Source of the DNA: a virus
Taxonomy: Duplodnaviria; Caudoviricetes
Length of the DNA stretch: 57,092 nt
IMG/VR virus record: IMGVR_UViG_3300043446_004177
Location: 1-57,092 of that record
Direction: 5' to 3' (one strand)
In this document: positions 33,909 through 45,000 of the stretch, one piece after another
Numbering within the stretch: position 1 is the first letter of the stretch
Layout of the letters: each line of letters begins with the position of its first letter
The notes under the pieces: generated by a model
Told to the model about the DNA's origin: nothing
Seen by the model: only the letters and a program-made list of their open reading frames with translations
Databases searched by the model: none
Made by a program: the position numbers and the translations under genes

Positions 33909-34577
33909 TTAATCCTTTTTAGGGCCGGGGAGCTTTTTGAGCGTTTTGATTGTTTTGGCGCGGTATCCTTTGACGAAATGATCAAGGATTTCGTGCCCGT
34001 GGTCCATATCGCCATTACCTATTTTTTCGACATCTTCAGGAGAAATAACATATTCTCCGCCTGCGGCTACGATCTCAACAGGTGCCGTGCCACCAGAGGC
34101 TCTGGCCCCATATGGTTTTCCTTCCGCATATGGTTGACCAGATTCTTCATAAGGTTGTTCTGCCTCCTCAAAATAAGGTTTTGATGAGAACATTTTACGA
34201 GCGATTTTAAACCCCGCCATTGTATTGCCTTCGCCCATGGACGAAATAATATCGGCGGGGATTACATAAGATCCAGATGGCACATTCATAGGAAGATGGT
34301 CGGTGCGACCAGCGACGGGACTATGAATTGGGCCTGTGTGCAAACGCGGAGAAGATGCTACTTTTCTAGTTTCATTAACGTCTCCAACGCCAAAAAATGG
34401 CATCGGTTTAGTTGTAGTGACGGTTGTTGTTCCCATATTCATGCCGCCTTCCGCACGCGTTTTGCGTGCCGTTTGAAGGGCGGCTGCAATTGCTTGTTTT
34501 TGAGGGTGCCCAGCGTGGATCATTTCGGAGATATTTGAACTGATCGTTTTTTGGGAAGATCCTGATTTTAATGGCAT
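33909..34577 (-). CDS. Virion-module protein with two GxYVI/GEYVI units resembling tape-measure C-terminal GG domains
   Basis: [18 protein letters not shown]; [22 protein letters not shown]; [16 protein letters not shown]. Confidence 0.6.
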   Translation of the reverse strand: MPLKSGSSQKTISSNISEMIHAGHPQKQAIAAALQTARKTRAEGGMNMGTTTVTTTKPMPFFGVGDVNETRKVASSPRLHTGPIHSPVAGRTDHLPMNVPSGSYVIPADIISSMGEGNTMAGFKIARKMFSSKPYFEEAEQPYEESGQPYAEGKPYGARASGGTAPVEIVAAGGEYVISPEDVEKIGNGDMDHGHEILDHFVKGYRAKTIKTLKKLPGPKKD

Positions 34578-34584
34578 AGCTTCC

Positions 34585-34944
34585 TCACGAATAAGCAACA
34601 GAAATAATTGCAGCTGTCCCTGTCACAACAACAAGACCAGATGAAAACGGAACTTGAATAGAATATGCTCCAAGCGTCGCCGTCGATGGCAAAGCGTAAA
34701 TACGATTTCCTGTCAAATCCGAAGGGTTATTTGTGTCGTAAAAAAACGTTGTTGTTGAACCAGCATTGATCAAACAAACAGTAGCCAACCAGCCTGAGCC
34801 AATTTTTATTGTTTGCGTTGTTGCGGCAGCAATTTCTGTTGAATTATTTGTTCCAGCAAGAAATTTTATCGCATTTGAATTTTCGTTGATTGCGACAACG
34901 CCGTTTTTTTGCGTAGTAAGAATATCGTCAAGACTTGCAGGCAT
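34585..34944 (-). CDS. Small beta-rich virion protein
   Basis: 119 aa, coupled to the nozzle gene. Confidence 0.7.
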   Translation of the reverse strand: MPASLDDILTTQKNGVVAINENSNAIKFLAGTNNSTEIAAATTQTIKIGSGWLATVCLINAGSTTTFFYDTNNPSDLTGNRIYALPSTATLGAYSIQVPFSSGLVVVTGTAAIISVAYS

Positions 34945-37562
34945 CAGAACCGTCCATCAAGTTGGTATCTATAACGAATAGCGCCAATCCTGAAAAAGTT
35001 ATTCAGATTTGCCGTTGTTCCGTTTGATGTTGAAATGCCAATTGACAACAACCTATTTCTAATTCTTGTTGATATATATGTTGTCGACGGTGAAATTGAG
35101 TATGGACCATAAGTTGTAATTGGACCATCTGGGTAGTCTTGACCATAAAATGACAAATAAATTGTTTGGTTGGAGCTAGATTGCCCATCCGTTGTTTGCC
35201 ATTTGAAATCAGGCCAAATTTGATCAATGAAGATAAGATTATCAGCTTCATTCAATTGCATATAACCAGTTTGGAATGATGAGACCATTGGAGATCCGTT
35301 GTTATCATACCCAATTTCATGCTGAACAAAATTGCCGCCCTGATCAACGCCAATTGGAAGCCCTAAAACAGATTGATCTGTCCAAGACAATCGAGAAAGA
35401 GAACCGTAGTCCCATTGGCCGATATTTGTATTGTATTTTACATAACGATCATTAATTGTACTTCCATAAGAAGGATAATACCACGTCACTTCGTTAAAAA
35501 TACTATTTGTTGCACAGCGGATAAGATCAGTTTTGTCTGTATTTAAGTCTTGAAAAATATTATCCCAAACAGGACAAGGAATTGTTTTTGGTCCATCAGA
35601 TGCAAGCATATTGAATGCTTTTGGTGACATCCAAAATACATTACCATTTAAAACGCCAGCGGCTTTTTTGCCTATCAACCCAACGCCATCAGCAATTTTA
35701 TTAAAACCATACACATTTTGTCCGCCCACAAATTGCATGAGCCAAATAGCAAGATCTGTCCAAATAACTGCTTGGTGCGGCCCTTGAATAGCTCCTACAA
35801 TTGAAGAGCCTTCTGGAATGCGATAAGAGCCAGCAAGGTTGGTTGTTGTCGGTGTCCAAGATGTCGCGTCTCCAGCATCGCTCCAACGAACAAGAAGCGG
35901 GTCAATCAAACCCGTTTCAGTTGAGCCATAAGCAACAACTTGCCGAGCTGGCATCGTTACAAATATTCCGTTGTTTGCAAGAGGAGCGGACGAAAGCAAA
36001 AAAGCGTTTTGCGTATCTTGGGATGGGGCCCAGTAATAAATTGGTCCGCCTTCTGGATTGCTAAGAAGCACTTCGCCAAAATTAGCAATCGTCCAATCAT
36101 TTGATTTTATTGTTGGTGCAGAAGGATAAGGAATAAGAACACCTTGTCCATATCCGTTTTCTCCATAACCGCCATATCCATATCCATATGAAGTAAACGG
36201 AGAAGGTATGTTATAATAATAAATTGCATGAACATTATCATTGTTCATGGTAATTGTTGTTGTCGCAGGAGCAGCTGTTGATGCATTTATTTCGTATTTT
36301 GTTGTTGGTGATGATGCATTTAATGTAACAGTATAAGGACCATAAATTGTTATGGTGTTTGAACCAGAAGTGTAACTTGTCGGATAAACAAAAGTTACAA
36401 TGTCGCCTGTTTGATAAGGATGATTTGGCTGAGTTACTGTTACGGTTGATGTACCAGAAGTTAAATCAAATGTAGGAAGATAAGAAACACCATAAGGACT
36501 TGGAGTAACTGTTACAATTTTTCCAATATCAATTGTAAAACAGCTATAATATAAATTTGATGTATATCCAGTAGCCGAGTACCCACCAGAAATTATTCTG
36601 TTTCCAATGCTAACAGGCGTTTGATAATTAACGCCAAAACCTGTTAAAATCTGATCAGGCAAATATGCAACAACCGCAGTTCCATTTGTTGTAAAATTTA
36701 CAGCACTTCCGCCAACGGTAGTTGAAACTTGGAATGTTGTGTCTGTTAATTTTAAAACATAATATTTTGTGCCTTTGGATAGACCAGTAGGCATAGTTGT
36801 TGCATTAAATGTGACAACTGTATTTGTATCAGGAGCATAGCCCGCTGTTATTACGTCTGTTGTTGCATTACATGTAACGCTTTGTTTAAGAAACTCAGTA
36901 TCTGTGACAATAATTTGCGATGAGTTATTTGTCGCAACGAATGTTGGAATATATGCTGTAATCGTTCCTGTTGATGCAGCTACGGTAGAAATTGGAGATC
37001 CAGATGAATCAACAAGAGTGAACGTGCGAGAAGTATAATTTGCGCTTGCTGCAAAATAAACTTCATACTCTGTGATAGGTGAAGGAAGTGTCGCCCCAGA
37101 ACCTTTTTTAAAATAAACAGGAATATCGTCTGGAACGGGAAGGTTTGATGCTCCAGAAACTGTCACTGTTCCGCCAATAGCAATTGTAACGGTATAAGAA
37201 GTTCCGTTTAATGCTTCGTCGCCTTTGGCATTATCTGATCCATCTGATGGAGGCCATTGTTGTGGCGTTATGTCATCATATGTATATGCTGGGGGATCAT
37301 TGGTAATATATGAAAGCTCAGAATAAGCTCCAATCGCAAGGCGTGAAACGCCATAAAGATCTTGCCAAGGATGAATTTCAGAAACATTTTGAACAGATCT
37401 GTTACCCCAACCGACCCATCCGCCTAGCTTTTGAGCGATGCCCATTCCATTTCTGTCAGCCATAAACCGTATATTTTCAGAATATGAAAAAGCAGCTTCA
37501 TTCAAAACAGGCGTTTTGATCGTATCAATGCCGGGTATTAATTTCATCGTCGCATGAGGCAT
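34944..37562 (-). CDS. Tail nozzle / tubular protein B-like (P22 gp10-like) with inserted beta-rich domains
   Basis: KLGGW, VRWSD, AVIWTD, IPCPVWD, FNEVTWYYPS, W..G.L.R..W.D and R.RY..DGR; 872 aa. Confidence 0.75.
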   Translation of the reverse strand: MPHATMKLIPGIDTIKTPVLNEAAFSYSENIRFMADRNGMGIAQKLGGWVGWGNRSVQNVSEIHPWQDLYGVSRLAIGAYSELSYITNDPPAYTYDDITPQQWPPSDGSDNAKGDEALNGTSYTVTIAIGGTVTVSGASNLPVPDDIPVYFKKGSGATLPSPITEYEVYFAASANYTSRTFTLVDSSGSPISTVAASTGTITAYIPTFVATNNSSQIIVTDTEFLKQSVTCNATTDVITAGYAPDTNTVVTFNATTMPTGLSKGTKYYVLKLTDTTFQVSTTVGGSAVNFTTNGTAVVAYLPDQILTGFGVNYQTPVSIGNRIISGGYSATGYTSNLYYSCFTIDIGKIVTVTPSPYGVSYLPTFDLTSGTSTVTVTQPNHPYQTGDIVTFVYPTSYTSGSNTITIYGPYTVTLNASSPTTKYEINASTAAPATTTITMNNDNVHAIYYYNIPSPFTSYGYGYGGYGENGYGQGVLIPYPSAPTIKSNDWTIANFGEVLLSNPEGGPIYYWAPSQDTQNAFLLSSAPLANNGIFVTMPARQVVAYGSTETGLIDPLLVRWSDAGDATSWTPTTTNLAGSYRIPEGSSIVGAIQGPHQAVIWTDLAIWLMQFVGGQNVYGFNKIADGVGLIGKKAAGVLNGNVFWMSPKAFNMLASDGPKTIPCPVWDNIFQDLNTDKTDLIRCATNSIFNEVTWYYPSYGSTINDRYVKYNTNIGQWDYGSLSRLSWTDQSVLGLPIGVDQGGNFVQHEIGYDNNGSPMVSSFQTGYMQLNEADNLIFIDQIWPDFKWQTTDGQSSSNQTIYLSFYGQDYPDGPITTYGPYSISPSTTYISTRIRNRLLSIGISTSNGTTANLNNFFRIGAIRYRYQLDGRF

Positions 37563-37568
37563 TTTGGA

Positions 37569-38279
37569 TTACCTCGTTGGAGTTGCGACAATAGCAGGTG
37601 AATAAGGTGCCCAAGCAGAAGATTGAAATTTCTTTCTTGATTCTTCTGTGCGAGCGCCGTTCAAAAGGGCCTGATATTGACCTTCATATGTTTGAGCCAT
37701 AGCGGGGTCGTCATTCACGCGACCAAAATTTCTTTGATAAGCAGAAATATAAATCATTGATGCCATGATGAAGAGATCAGGAAGATAAGTGCTAATAAAT
37801 GTTGTTGTGTTGGTTGCCGAAAGGGGCGTTGATCGAATTGTTCCTGTCAAACGTACTTGATAAGCAACGCTTGGTGGCGGACCAATAATAATATTTTGAC
37901 TGGTGCGACCCGCAGTTGTTGAATCTCCGCCATAAACAGCAAAAACTACAGGCACACCAGAAGGCATTCCAGTCGGAAAAACATTTTGGATATATTCTTT
38001 TGCCACGGGGAGCAAAGTTGTTGAAACACCAGAATTGATGATTTCAACGGTCTGAAGTGTGACAAAAGACGAAGTCGGGATCGTCAATGTATTATTATTG
38101 ATCGTTAATGAATATGAAGTATTGCTTACTTGCGTTGATAAAAAGTCCAAATCACGCTGAATACGCAATTCGGCGTAATCAATCATAGAGGGAAGGATAA
38201 TTTGGAAATTAGCGTCCGTTGACGGGACAACCGCCATTGTGGCGATTTGCTGGACGTAGGACGAATAAGTAAGAGACAT
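37569..38279 (-). CDS. Head-tail adaptor-like protein
   Basis: IDYAELRIQRDL, GPPP..Y, YLPDLF..AS..Y; directly upstream of the nozzle gene. Confidence 0.65.
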   Translation of the reverse strand: MSLTYSSYVQQIATMAVVPSTDANFQIILPSMIDYAELRIQRDLDFLSTQVSNTSYSLTINNNTLTIPTSSFVTLQTVEIINSGVSTTLLPVAKEYIQNVFPTGMPSGVPVVFAVYGGDSTTAGRTSQNIIIGPPPSVAYQVRLTGTIRSTPLSATNTTTFISTYLPDLFIMASMIYISAYQRNFGRVNDDPAMAQTYEGQYQALLNGARTEESRKKFQSSAWAPYSPAIVATPTR

Positions 38280-38282
38280 AGT

Positions 38283-38795
38283 TTATCCTACCATCTTGAA
38301 AGCGGCTTCCTCAACTTCGGAGACGCGCCGCGACCAGCCTTTGCCAAAGGTAGCAAAAGTTGGTAAACTTTGCAAAAAATTAAGCCTCAGATCGCATATT
38401 TCCGTCGCAAGATCGCGAGGGTTTGCCTTTTCAATAGCATCCAAAGTGGCTGGACCGATGACTCCGTCCGCACTAACACCCACTGCTTGTTGTAAGAACT
38501 TCGCGGCACGGCCCACACCAGAATTTACGGCAAGGTCAAAACAAGCGTAATCTACCCCAGACGGAAGATCATCCCCACGGATTTTGTCCCAATAATTCTT
38601 TTTGTAAAGAGGGGCTACGTCCTGTGGGCCTAATGCCCGCATAGCCGCTTCGTCAACGGAATGGCCTACATACTCTTCCCATACCCGCTTTGTGACACCC
38701 AAATTGGTCATGCCGCCGGGGTCTTTGGGGTGGTTTACATAGCCACCCTCATGTTTCAAAACCAAGGCAAGGCATTGCTCAAAGTTGTCCTTCAC
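38283..38795 (-). CDS. Endolysin, glycoside hydrolase family 108 with a peptidoglycan-binding domain
   Basis: HEGGYVNHPKDPGGMTNLGVT, YWD, FDLAVNSG, DGVIGPATL, FGKGW.RR. Confidence 0.92.
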   Translation of the reverse strand: MKDNFEQCLALVLKHEGGYVNHPKDPGGMTNLGVTKRVWEEYVGHSVDEAAMRALGPQDVAPLYKKNYWDKIRGDDLPSGVDYACFDLAVNSGVGRAAKFLQQAVGVSADGVIGPATLDAIEKANPRDLATEICDLRLNFLQSLPTFATFGKGWSRRVSEVEEAAFKMVG

Positions 38796-38798
38796 AGC

Positions 38799-39329
38799 TT
38801 ACTCCAAAGGTTTTGAGTTGTAGATCATCTGATCTTTCTTTTGAGAGCCAGAGGATGAGCCAAAATAAAATGCGATGATGCCGCCCCATGCAGTTTGGAG
38901 CGCACCAAGCAACAAGAGAAGCGCCTCATTCCCTGTCGTCGGTAAACCATAGACCAGCATGTAAAGAAGGATTGCAAAGAAACCGACTGTAACGGATACC
39001 GCCAAAGCGCGGGGTATCCAGTCCCGTGTTTCCTTTTGCATATCACGGGCAGAGGCTCGATCGCCTGCTGCGATGCGCTCAAGATCAATGTCCAAGGTCT
39101 TCATCTGGACGGCAAAGTCGGCATCAATCTTTTTGAGCGCCGCAAGCTGGTCGCCCGTAGGATTAGCGAGGACCGTGCGGATATCGTCTTCGGTTGCCGA
39201 ATCATGACCGAACAAAGCGCCTGAGATCGCCTTCACAGCCATCCCCGCAACTGGCCCACCAAGAGCGGTCGCGATCGTGGGCGCTACGGAACCAATGAGA
39301 GGCCCAAACGTTTTAAGAAGATCCATCAC
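38799..39329 (-). CDS. Holin-like membrane protein
   Basis: APTIATALGGP, DRASAR, two C-terminal TM segments, FYFGSS.GS..K. Confidence 0.7.
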   Translation of the reverse strand: MMDLLKTFGPLIGSVAPTIATALGGPVAGMAVKAISGALFGHDSATEDDIRTVLANPTGDQLAALKKIDADFAVQMKTLDIDLERIAAGDRASARDMQKETRDWIPRALAVSVTVGFFAILLYMLVYGLPTTGNEALLLLLGALQTAWGGIIAFYFGSSSGSQKKDQMIYNSKPLE

Positions 39330-39688
39330 TTCCTCCGTTTTGCCGCTAGCTTACGAGTGGGTTTCTTTGGCGCTTCTGGCTTATGCCCGTATGTCTTCCA
39401 TAGTAATTGAGCCGCAACAAGAGCAAGACAAACATTCATTCCCGTATCTGGTATGATGCCTATTTTAGAGTAAGACATCCCAGCAATCGGGCCTTCAAGC
39501 CATGTGGCTATAATTGTAAAGGCTGATAGGAGCGCAAAAAAACCCACAAAATAAAGAGGTTTTTCATGGTATTTTGGTAGTTTATGAGACAGCATTGCAA
39601 TCACAATCCCTACAAACAAAATTAAATCTGCAATAAATTGCAGAATGTAGAAAGTGTCATGATGATCATAAATAAAATTAGCCATCAT
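39326..39688 (-). CDS. Membrane protein with about three TM segments
   Basis: Hydrophobic segments and a basic C-terminal tail; within the lysis cluster. Confidence 0.65.
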   Translation of the reverse strand: MMANFIYDHHDTFYILQFIADLILFVGIVIAMLSHKLPKYHEKPLYFVGFFALLSAFTIIATWLEGPIAGMSYSKIGIIPDTGMNVCLALVAAQLLWKTYGHKPEAPKKPTRKLAAKRRK

Positions 39689-40080
39689 TTTTTAACTCTT
39701 TTTTTAGTTTTTGTTTTAGGCTTTGTTTTTGAAACGCTCAATCTAGATTTTGTCTGTTGGGCAACTGTAAAGATATCTTTGCCCTCATTCATTTGAAAAA
39801 AGTTTGCAACAGCCGACATGGCAAACCATGCACAAAACCCGATGACAAATCCAGCCATCATTTGAAATTCCCAATCATTTGGTGAAATTTCAAAATATTT
39901 AAGAATAGGTCCAGAAAACACAACTCCCGCAAATGTGGATACAGATCCATGCATTGCTGCATCCCAAATACCTTTTGGCTTAATAAAAGCCATTAATGAA
40001 AATCCGCCTGACATACCTCCAACTCCGCTGAAGATTTTGGCTGACGCATAAACGATTGGTTCAGATGCCATTGTGATCAC
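39685..40080 (-). CDS. Membrane protein (holin-like)
   Basis: Gly-rich hydrophobic segments and a Lys-rich C-terminal tail. Confidence 0.6.
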   Translation of the reverse strand: MITMASEPIVYASAKIFSGVGGMSGGFSLMAFIKPKGIWDAAMHGSVSTFAGVVFSGPILKYFEISPNDWEFQMMAGFVIGFCAWFAMSAVANFFQMNEGKDIFTVAQQTKSRLSVSKTKPKTKTKKRVKK

Positions 40081-41648
40081 TCGTATAAAATATTCCAGTA
40101 GCCGTTTAGAAAGGTCGTTGAGTAAGATGGGTCAATTTGCAATTGAACCGCTGTCAAAGTTCCGCCCAAAGATAACCCGCCTGCAAAAAAACCAGCTTGC
40201 GGAGAGCTACCCATTTCCGTACCTTGAATTACCCAATAATCGCTTCCAACATTTGTAATTGTGCAAGAAAAACTCCCATTTCCTGATCCTGTACTTACTA
40301 AACAGCACCACAGCCCACCAGCTGAAAGAGAACTTTTATCTCCTGCTGTTGTGTTAAGATAACTATAATAGCTTGTTGCATAGGTTGGTGTTGCGCCATA
40401 TCCCAAACGTATCCATAAATAAAATGAACTTCCATTTGGTGTTATACTCCAACCTGTGACAGTAATCCTTCTAACCCAAGAAGGAATACCTGTAAAAGAA
40501 GAAGATGTTCCACTTGTTAAACTTTTATATGTTTCTTGAACAAGAGTTACCCCACCTGCATCAGAAGTGATCAATCCATCATTGGCAATTTGAACGGTTG
40601 ATTGAAGTGTGTTTGCTGTTGACCCAGATGTCGTCGACGCTGGCGCTGTCCAAAAATCAATAATGCCAGAACCGCCTGTGCCCGTGCCATTGCCAGCTTT
40701 CACCGTAAAATTTTGTCCTGTTATATTGGTTCCAGTCGTCGCAGGGACACGGATTGAATTGGCTGTCGTTGTTGCCGTTCCGTCTCCTGAACCAAAAATT
40801 GAATCACCAGAATTATTAATAACAAGACGAGTTACTGGAGTTGCTGTTCCATTTGGCGATGTAGCAAAATTAAGTGCGCCGGGCATATCTGCTGAAGTTC
40901 CCGGTGTGCCATCGACGGTCGCAATAATTGTTGCCGCTGTTTGAAATGATGAATCCCATCCATCAAAATAAATTGACCCAAGTTGATCACCAGATAAAAC
41001 TGTTGTTGGTGTTGTTTCTGTCCCTCTTGATGAACGTAAACGAAAATCTGGACCATCCGTAGTGGATACATATTGTGTCAAATATGCTGATACTGCTGTA
41101 TCGTTTGTCAAACTTAATAATACGCTGTTTGTTGTTGATGACCCGATAGTTAAATTATCAGAGACACTAAAAGTTTGCGCGCTTTGTGGTGCGTTGCGAA
41201 TATTTGTTCCGTCTGAATAAATGAGCGCTGCTTTGCCATTTTGAATTGTAACGCCCGTACCAGATGCTGTTTTTATTGTGACGGTATATGTGCTTTGGTT
41301 CGCCGAAGAAATTGCATTTCGAACAACCCACATTCCGCCCAAAGGAAGGGGAGTTGTTCCAAACCCTGTATTCGGAATTGTTATTGTAATATTCCCAGTC
41401 AAGGGAACCGCACCGCCAGATGTCCCGCTTTGAATAACAAGCTGTTGTGCCGTATACCAAAAAACACCATTTGTGTCTGCGGCAGTCGCGCTCGTTAGCG
41501 CGGTTGTTCCTGAAGCTCCAACATAAACAATATAAGCAGAACCAAATGACTGATCAATGGACGTAAAATCGCTATTGAGCGTCAGGCCCCAACCTGTATC
41601 GCCAACATTTGGTTCTGTTATCTTTTTGTTATTTGTAATCGTAGCCAT
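40077..41648 (-). CDS. Tail fibre/spike-like protein
   Basis: 523 aa, Thr/Gly/Ser-rich; WG.TLN..F..ID N-terminus; YSDGTNI; SFTGIPSWVRRITV C-terminal module. Confidence 0.7.
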   Translation of the reverse strand: MATITNNKKITEPNVGDTGWGLTLNSDFTSIDQSFGSAYIVYVGASGTTALTSATAADTNGVFWYTAQQLVIQSGTSGGAVPLTGNITITIPNTGFGTTPLPLGGMWVVRNAISSANQSTYTVTIKTASGTGVTIQNGKAALIYSDGTNIRNAPQSAQTFSVSDNLTIGSSTTNSVLLSLTNDTAVSAYLTQYVSTTDGPDFRLRSSRGTETTPTTVLSGDQLGSIYFDGWDSSFQTAATIIATVDGTPGTSADMPGALNFATSPNGTATPVTRLVINNSGDSIFGSGDGTATTTANSIRVPATTGTNITGQNFTVKAGNGTGTGGSGIIDFWTAPASTTSGSTANTLQSTVQIANDGLITSDAGGVTLVQETYKSLTSGTSSSFTGIPSWVRRITVTGWSITPNGSSFYLWIRLGYGATPTYATSYYSYLNTTAGDKSSLSAGGLWCCLVSTGSGNGSFSCTITNVGSDYWVIQGTEMGSSPQAGFFAGGLSLGGTLTAVQLQIDPSYSTTFLNGYWNILYE

Positions 41649-41677
41649 TATTTATCCGCCTTTGCTTCTATTAAACT

Positions 41678-42010
41678 TTAGCTTTGCCACGGGAGCGGTG
41701 GCGAAACCACTGGAGGATTTGTTTGATTAACAATTTGATTTTCAATATTTGTTTCATATTCAGAAACCTGTTTTTCACCCATTGCCGCTTGAACCCACCC
41801 AACAACTTGAGATTGCGTTAGATCGGCGTAAGGGGTAAATGGTTCGCCTGATGTATAGGGCTGAATATCAATGGTACCATAAATTGTTGCGCTATATGTG
41901 CCATCCGTACCATTCAAACGCCAAGATACGTTGAACACAACATCTGTTTGGCCATCTAATTGAGGATAGCAATTCATCTGTTCAATGACCCAATCGTATG
42001 TAATAGCCAT
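41678..42010 (-). CDS. Small tail-fibre-associated protein
   Basis: W.I..M..V.W..FTPYADLT..V.GWV..P..LPW; located between the fibre genes. Confidence 0.65.
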   Translation of the reverse strand: MAITYDWVIEQMNCYPQLDGQTDVVFNVSWRLNGTDGTYSATIYGTIDIQPYTSGEPFTPYADLTQSQVVGWVQAAMGEKQVSEYETNIENQIVNQTNPPVVSPPLPWQS

Positions 42011-42025
42011 GTTATGTTCCTTAAA

Positions 42026-45000
42026 TTAACCCCAACCAGTTCCAGCTGGACCAAATGCTGCCGCACTTTGAGTGTCAAGTTGTTGCAAATTAAAATACAA
42101 CACTCTTGGAGTTGTGGCTGTACCAGCCGATGTTAAGTTTGCACTCAAATTATATTGCGGAATAATTGTTCCTTGCGTTGTAATTTTCAAAATACCGCGC
42201 AACGTAATTGTATAAACACCAGAGGCAGTTGTGCTTGCTGCTGTCACAATATTGCTTGTACTGATATTAACCGCATTGAATGAGAAGTTTGCAGTTGCGC
42301 CACCTTCAGTTGGAGAGCTTAATGACATTCCGCTAAATGTTCCAACAGCATTTCCGGTGCCAAGAAGGTTAATTCTGGCTTGAGAGCTTGTTGTTGATAC
42401 TGTACCTCTCGTAAATGTGCATGAAAGGTCTATAAAATATGTACCGACAGATAACGTGATTGTATCATTTGCTGATGGCAACAATACTTGCAACGTTGTT
42501 TCTGATGTTGCTGTCAAACTTGTGCCAACGCCAGACGTATAATTTGTAATTGGAATTGTGCCGCGCTTGAAGTTTGTATTTGTCGTGGCAGTCATAATTG
42601 TGCCGTCATATTCAACGACACCAGCTTCAGGAGTTGTCAGGTTTGTGCCTGAAGTAAATTTTAAAGGCGCACTATTTGCAGCTGCTGCGCCTGCCGCAAT
42701 ATGAAGTTCTGCAGTTGGCGAAGTCGTTCCAACCCCAACACTTCCATTAAAAAAATTTATTCCACCGTTTGAATATATAGCATAATTATTTGTTGCACCT
42801 GATGGCGTGGATATATAAATACCGTAGTTGTTTGAACTAGCTGCGGTTACGTTATCAACATAAATACCGTAAGCATTAGTAACTGTTTGGTTTGTGCCTT
42901 TTGCGTAAGTTAAAGCGGTGATACCAGTAACAGATGATGTTGTGTAAGCAGACGCACTGTCACCACCATTAAAGGCAACCATAAGACCACGTTGCGTTCC
43001 TGTTGCCGTAGTGGGGGCATCATACCTTAAACCGATACCATTGATTGTCGTAGAGGTTATAATACCAATATTGGTATTTGAATCCCCAATCTGGAAAATA
43101 TCATTTACGTTTGAAGCATTTTGAGTGCCGATGTTTACTTGGCCTGTGCTAGCAATACGCATACATTCAATTAATGCACCAGTAGAATCTGCTGTATAAA
43201 ACTGAAGTCTGCCTTGAACAATTCCTGTGCTTGGAGTTGCATCTGCCGAACTACGAATCAAAGAAGATTTAACAAATGATGTTCCATCTGTGCCGTTGAA
43301 TTGAATTTGACCCAAAGCGTCACCAGAAGCTACTGCCGTATATGTTCCGATAGCGCCGCCTGATTTATTGAATGTATAATATGGGTTTGCGTTCCATCCA
43401 TATTGACCTAAAGATGATGTATTAAGTGATATTCCATGAACTTGAATGCGTGGTGTAATTGCGGTTGATGATGCAACCGTGTCATAAGAAGTTGATGACC
43501 CAATTAAAAGGTTGCCAGACGTATTAATACGCATACGTTCAGACTGGCTGGCGGTCTTAAATATAATAGCATCAGTTGTGCCTGCACCAGTCGTGGACTG
43601 CAGCGTTAATGTGCTTGATGCAGCAATTCCGCCGCTAAGATTAGGCATAACGTTATTGGCTGTGCCATTAGCATAAAAACCATAGGTTGTGCCGCCACCT
43701 GTTGCGGTGTTTATTGCGGAATAGAAACCATATGATGTTTTACCTGCGCCAACTGCCGCAGTATCTTGCGCCCTAAATCCATAATTGGTTGTTGCGCTGA
43801 TTAAATCATTTACAACATCAAATCCAAACTGGTTCGTCATTGAACCAGAAATTGTTCCTTCAGTTGCTCTGAAGTGCGTGTAATTTGTTGGAGTAGCACC
43901 AGATGCAATATTTGCTATTGATTGAATATTAAACGCCGATGATGTTACATCACTTTGAACTGTTCCAGTTGAATAAATACCATAAGCAGTTGTTGAGCCC
44001 GTTATATTTTTTGTAAGTTGCAAAGTTACTGCTGGATTGCCTGTTCCACCAATAGAAACGCCACCATCAGTGCGAATACGCATAGCTTCTGTGCTATTTG
44101 TGGCAAAAGCAATAATTCCGCTAGCACTTGATGCATTTATTGTGTGAGTATCGCCAGCGTTAGTCGTGGTAGACGAAGTAAACAAAAGTTGTCTACCAGT
44201 GCTAGATGTTCCTGCTCGGAGATATGTGCCAATTGAAGATTGATAAACATCCAAAATAGCAGCAGGCGCAGCAGTCCCAATCCCCACGTTACCGGAGGAG
44301 TCAATACGCATACGTTCAACAAGACCGCTTCCCGTTCCCGGATTAATTGGCGCTGTCCAAAATTCCAAATTCATACCGCCAGTCGTATCTGAAGACTGTG
44401 TTTGCGCGGCAGAAGCAATAATTGATGCGCCAAATTTTGGATTAGTTGTTGTAAAATCTGGATCAGTTGAACCGAATTTGATTGCTGGCGTATATTTTGA
44501 TGTTGTGTTCATTCCACCCGCAAGCAATTCCAAACCTGCGCCTGAACCGTCAAAAGAAGTAGCACCCGCTCCTGTGTTTGCAATTCTTCCAATCGCTGTT
44601 GTTGATGAGCCACTTACATGAAGTAATGTCGCTGGAGAAGCAGTCCCAATCCCCACATTGCCTGACGTATTAATCGTCATCGCGGTCGTAGCGCCGTTAT
44701 TTCCGACCTTGAACGAGATTGCATCAGATGTGCCGACACCGCTTGTTGATTGCAATGTAAGCGCAGATGACGCTGCAGTGCCGCCAATGATTGTTGCGGC
44801 AGTCAAAGACGTAAGAGTTGGTGTAGCTGAATAGGATGGGGCAACACCTACGCCGCCCGAAACAAGCACAGAACCTGTCGCGACATCCGCCAGTTTTGCA
44901 ATCGTCGCTGCGCCTGAAGCGTAAAGAAGATCACCTGTCGTGTATGACGTTAAGCCCGTGCCGCCATTCCCGACTCCGAGCGTACCCGCAAGTGTCACCG

